Assembly (NCBI RefSeq): GCF_964204645.1
Contig: NC_134031.1
Coordinates: 186,001-250,000, forward strand
From: Tubulanus polymorphus
Lineage: Eukaryota > Animalia > Nemertea
Direction of reading: 5' to 3'
DNA: 64,000 bases
The notes under the pieces: model-generated
The model's input: only the letters and a program-made list of their open reading frames with translations
The model's database searches: none
Told to the model about the DNA's origin: nothing
Part shown: positions 59,306-64,000 of the stretch, piece after piece
Position numbering within the stretch: the first letter of the stretch is position 1
How the letters are laid out: every line of letters starts with the position of its first letter
Program-made: the position numbers and the translations under genes

Positions 59306-59526
59306 TTTCTATGGCTTGAATTCAGGTGCAGCAAACAGCAGTTATTAATATATTGTATAAAATGTGTCCATAGATATTCAACTTAGAAGAATCTAATTAT
59401 ATGAAGGTTCAGTCAGACTTGTTGAAACTCGGGAGTTGATGAGCCCAGTTTAGTGTGGAACTAGGCCTACTTTTAATTGTTGAGCCCAGAATCCAGTTCC
59501 ACAGTCCCGGACCCAGTTCCATATGA

Positions 59527-59869
59527 ACTGTAGAACTCGACTGGTTCCTGCTGAGGCCCTACTGTAGAACTCAACTGGTTCCTGCTGAGGCCCTACTGTA
59601 GAACTCGACTAGTTCCTGCTGAGGCCCTACTGTAGAACTCGACTGGTTCCTGCTGAGGCCCTACTGTAGAACTCAACCGGTTCCTGCTGAGGCCCTACTG
59701 TAGAACTCGACTGGTTCCTGCTGAGGCCCTACTGTAGAACTGGACTGGTTCCTGCTGAGGCCCTACTGTAGAACTCGACTGGTTCCTGCTGAGGCCCTAC
59801 TGTAGAACTCAACTGGTTCCTGCTGAGGCCCTACTGTAGAACTCGACTGGTTCCTGCTCAGGCCCTACT
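59527..59869. repeat. 34-bp minisatellite, about 10 copies
   Basis: Unit actgtagaactcgactggttcctgctgaggccct. Confidence 0.95.
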
Positions 59870-59984
59870 GCTGATTATGTGAATTGATGTCCTGCATTTA
59901 TCAAATCTAACAGAAAATAAAAACTTGAAACAAAAAAAAAAACAAACGACGACAATAGAAATTACAATACATAGCCTCAAACAG

Positions 59985-60161
59985 CAGCCTCACATAGCGG
60001 CCTCAAATATCAGCCTCACACAGCGGCCTCAAATATCAGCCTCACATAGCGGCCTCAAATATCAGCCTCACACAGCGGCCTCAAATATCAGCCTCACACA
60101 GCGGCCTTAAATATCAGCCTCACACATTGGCCTCAAATATCAGCCTCACACATTGGCCTCA
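59985..60161. repeat. 26-bp minisatellite
   Basis: Unit cagcctcacacagcggcctcaaatat. Confidence 0.9.
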
Positions 60162-62186
60162 TGAGCAGAAAATAACAAAACATATCATTAGAGAAAATAT
60201 CTACATTAGACAGCAACGATTTCTTCAAAATAACCTCACCTTAATCAGGGGCAGGGTAGGCGTGGGTGGTGGGTATTCCCAGTTCAGTCTGTTATAACAT
60301 ACAGTCATCATTGATACCAATTAGTATTATAGGTGTTGCCAAAGTAACGCTATTATTTACTAATTAAGAATTAGCCAAACCTTGATCAAACTGAACAATA
60401 ATTCCATCGTTTAAAATGGCCATTTCATTGTCACATCATAATTTTTGGATGTTATAACAGACTAACTAACTGTATAGGGCAATAACTAGTGATCAGACTA
60501 TAACTGCTGTAAGTGAATGAAGCCCCTAGAATTCAATATCAATCTTACAGTGATTCTGTGCGCTGTACGAACACGACAGACTTCAGCTGCCTTACAATAA
60601 TCATTATTATATCAATAATTAGCCTCATAATTAATTATTAATCAATTAAACATTGACACAAAAAACTAAAACTCCTTCAAATTGCGATTGACGAAGTTTT
60701 AGTAAAATAATAATAACTTAAAAACAAATATTATCTTGAATTAACTAATAATAATCTATTGGATATTAAAATTACGTTTCTAGGTCGCGGTGACCTATAA
60801 AATCTGTATGAATTACCCGCAAAAATTCAGGTATAACATCAACAATTCCCCGATTCCCCCATCCCTGGTTTACTATTACCCTCTTCCCCGTATTACAACG
60901 TTCTCCGTGCCTGTTTTACAATTACCCCTTCCTGCATCCCCGCTTTATAAGTGGGACAGCGTCCTCTAGAATAGGACCCGTGACAACTAGTGCTCCCCCC
61001 TTCCCCATGTGTTAACCCCTAAACTCAGCAACACTTCGCTTAATCCTCTCAGTTCCTGAGGAGCCTGATGTCTCTCAACCAGAGCGCTAGAATCTGGTGA
61101 TCTAACATTGATCTTAGGTCTATCCGTGTTTAAAACTATCCAACCCATACCAAAAAACAGTTAATTCCTAAACAGTTGTTATTGTTGTGTGATTATTTAT
61201 AAACACATGTAACATGTGAATGTGTTATATAAACATGTGATACACAGTAATCAATAATAAAACAACTGTGAATAAAACTGACCAGAATGTTATCAAAAAC
61301 CCGTCCGTCAAAAACTATCCATCCATGCACTTCTACTGTGTGTCAGTACGTCTGCCAGTGCAGGGCCAAATCTTGGAAAATAGGAAGGCAGGATTCTTCG
61401 AGAAAAGGAAGGACATCCTCGCATCACGCAGCAACGCCGAGGGCCACAAACATCTATTTTCTCGAGGATGAGTTTCAAATTTATACCCGGTCTGGACCCC
61501 TGAAACGACCCCTAGTTGTGGACCCCTGAAACGACCCCTAGTTGTGGACCCCTGAAACGACCCCTAGTTGTGAACCCCTGAAACGACCCTTAGTTCCACC
61601 CCTGCAGTATTTAACGCTATGATACGCCGGCAGCACTAGTGGCGCCGCCGCTGGTGAATTCAATCATCTGTCTGACTCCGAGGTACCACGACGCCACATC
61701 TACATATATCATCTCGTAATGTAAAATAAACCCGTGCTCCAATAATTTACGATATTTCGGTCGTTTGTGAAAATCTTTCGTTAAACTGAAAAATATTCAA
61801 AATTCAAATCCAATTATTGTTAACTGTTTATCGATGGATTTGAATGTTATTTCAACGGGACTCGATTCTTACCAATCAGTGACGAATGAACAGAAATGCA
61901 ATGAAAAACCTCGACCCGCCGGTAAAGATGGCGGATCTTCCTGTAAAACTCGCGTTAGCACCTCAAAATCTGTTTTACAATTTTTATATGGAAATTCACC
62001 AGTTGCGAGTTCCACCTACAATTAAACAGAATATTCATTAGGGGCAAATGGAGACGGAGTTCTTTGGGGCATAGTTGAGTTCTGTGGGGCATAGTAGTTC
62101 TGTGGGGCTGCTAGGGGTAGTTGGGCTCAGTGGGCTGCTGGGTTTAGTTGCCCTGTAAGGCCCAGTGAGCCACTAGGTCCATTTTG

Positions 62187-63818
62187 GCCCTGTAGGGCCT
62201 GGTTGAGCTCTGTGCAGCCCGTGGGCTGGTGGGTCCCTGTAAGGCTTGGTTGAGCTCTGTACAGCCCGTGGGCTGTTAGGTCCCTGTAAGACCTGGTTGA
62301 GCTCTGTACGGCCTGTGGGCTGGTGGGTCCCTGTAAGACCTGGTTGAGCTCTGTACGGCCCGGTGGGCTGGTGGGTCCCTGTAAGGCTTGGTTGAGCTCT
62401 GTACGGCCTGTGGGCTGGTGGGTCCCTGTAAGACCTGGTTGAGCTCTGTACGGCCTGTGGGCTGGTGGGTCCCTGTAAGACCTGGTTGAGCTCTGTACGG
62501 CCCGGTGGGCTGGTGGGTCCCTGTAAGGCTTGGTTGAGCTCTGTACGGCCTGTGGGCTGGTGGGTCCCTGTAAGGCCTGGTTGAGCTCTGTACGGCCCGG
62601 TGGGCTGGTGGGTCCCTGTAAGGCTTGGTTGAGCTCTGTACGGCCTGTGGGCTGGTGGGTCCCTGTAAGGCCTGGTTGAGCTCTGTACGGCCCGGTGGGC
62701 TGGTGGGTCCCTGTAAGGCTTGGTTGAGCTCTGTACGGCCTGTGGGCTGGTGGGTCCCTGTAAGGCCTGGTTGAGCTCTGTACGGCCCGGTGGGCTGGTG
62801 GGTCCCTGTAAGGCCTGGTTGGGCTCTGTACGGCCCGGTGGGCTGGTGGGTCCCTGTAAGACCTGGTTGAGCTCTGTACGGCCCGGTGGGCTGGTGGGTC
62901 CCTGTAAGACCTGGTTGAGCTCTGTACGGCCCGGTGGGCTGGTGGGTCCCTGTAAGACCTGGTTGAGCTCTGTACGGCCCGGTGGGCTGGTGGGTCCCTG
63001 TAAGGCCTGGTTGGGCTCTGTACGGCCCTGTGGGCTGGTGGGTCCCTGTAAGGCCTGGTTGGGCTCTGTACGGCCCGGTGGGCTGGTGGGTCCCTGTAAG
63101 ACCTGGTTGAGCTCTGTACGGCCCTGTGGGCTGGTGGGTCCCTGTAAGACCTGGTTGAGCTCTGTACAGCCCGTGGGCTGGTGGGTCCCTGTAAGACCTG
63201 GTTGAGCTCTGTACGGCCCGTGGGCTGGTGGGTCCCTGTAAGACCTGGTTGAGCTCTGTACGGCCCTGTGGGCTGGTGGGTCCCTGTAAGACCTGGTTGA
63301 GCTCTGTACGGCCCTGTGGGCTGGTGGGTCCCTGTAAGACCTGGTTGAGCTCTGTACAGCCCGTGGGCTGGTGGGTCCCTGTAAGACCTGGTTGAGCTCT
63401 GTACAGCCCGTGGGCTGGTGGGTCCCTGTAAGACCTGGTTGAGCTCTGTACGGCCCTGTGGGCTGGTGGGTCCCTGTAAGACCTGGTTGAGCTCTGTACG
63501 GCCCTGTGGGCTGGTGGGTCCCTGTAAGACCTGGTTGAGCTCTGTACAGCCCGTGGGCTGGTGGGTCCCTGTAAGACCTGGTTGAGCTCTGTACAGCCCG
63601 TGGGCTGGTGGGTCCCTGTAAGACCTGGTTGAGCTCTGTACGGCCCGTGGGCTGGTGGGTCCCTGTAAGACCTGGTTGAGCTCTGTACAGCCCGTGGGCT
63701 GGTGGGTCCCTGTAAGACCTGGTTGGGCTCTGTACGGCCCTGTGGGCTGGTGGGTCCCTGTAAGACCTGGTTGGGCTCTGTACGGCCCTGTGGGCTGGTG
63801 GGTCCCTGTAAGACCTGG
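62187..63818. repeat. 47-48-bp minisatellite, about 34 copies
   Basis: Unit gggtccctgtaagacctggttgagctctgtacggccc(g)gtgggctggt. Confidence 0.96.
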
Positions 63819-64000
63819 TAGGTGTACGTACCAATGAGATACCTAAACTCCAAACATCAGCTCTGATATCATAATCTGGTTTAGTTGGATTTGGGGGATC
63901 AATTCTTTCAGGCTGAAAATAAACAAAAATATTTCATCAAATATCTCACAGGGCAGATAATGTCCTAGTCCTAGTCCGGTATTTACTCACAGCCATATAC

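Noticed and set aside
61268-62025. Short ORFs near the window end
   Set aside because: No recognisable homology or splice context; more consistent with non-coding sequence such as the 3' UTR of a gene beyond the window.
62173-63853. 553-aa and 525-aa minus-strand ORFs
   Set aside because: They are translations of the 47-48-bp minisatellite, open in several frames, with no domain or convincing gene context.

Overview
Eukaryotic, intron-rich, AT-rich genomic DNA from a bilaterian invertebrate (probably a lophotrochozoan; this is inferred, not shown). I reconstructed four protein-coding genes by hand from splice sites and reading frame. (1) An ephexin/SGEF-family RhoGEF with DH-PH-SH3 domains, + strand, 1358-9724, 18 coding exons. 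(2) DNAJC11, + strand, 13516-17748, 15 exons. (3) A TRIM-NHL protein (RING, B-box, coiled coil, filamin, NHL) with one coding exon, - strand, 22110-24146; its 5' region may extend about 22 kb to ~46300. (4) REV1, + strand, 47012-55555, 19 exons, followed by a ~2.3-kb tandem duplication of its last two exons. Most other ORFs in the supplied track are artefacts of the many minisatellites. Main leads: a 3-kb intergenic higher-order repeat made of palindromes carrying divergently oriented CTCF-like motifs interleaved with Pol III B-box units (candidate amplified insulator); an exon encoding 13 YxxM motifs in the RhoGEF; tandem repeats that have amplified REV1 splice sites; a GC-AG intron; and minisatellites whose units match transcription-factor motifs (RFX X-box, CCAAT). 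All functional interpretations are inferences from motif matches made by eye.
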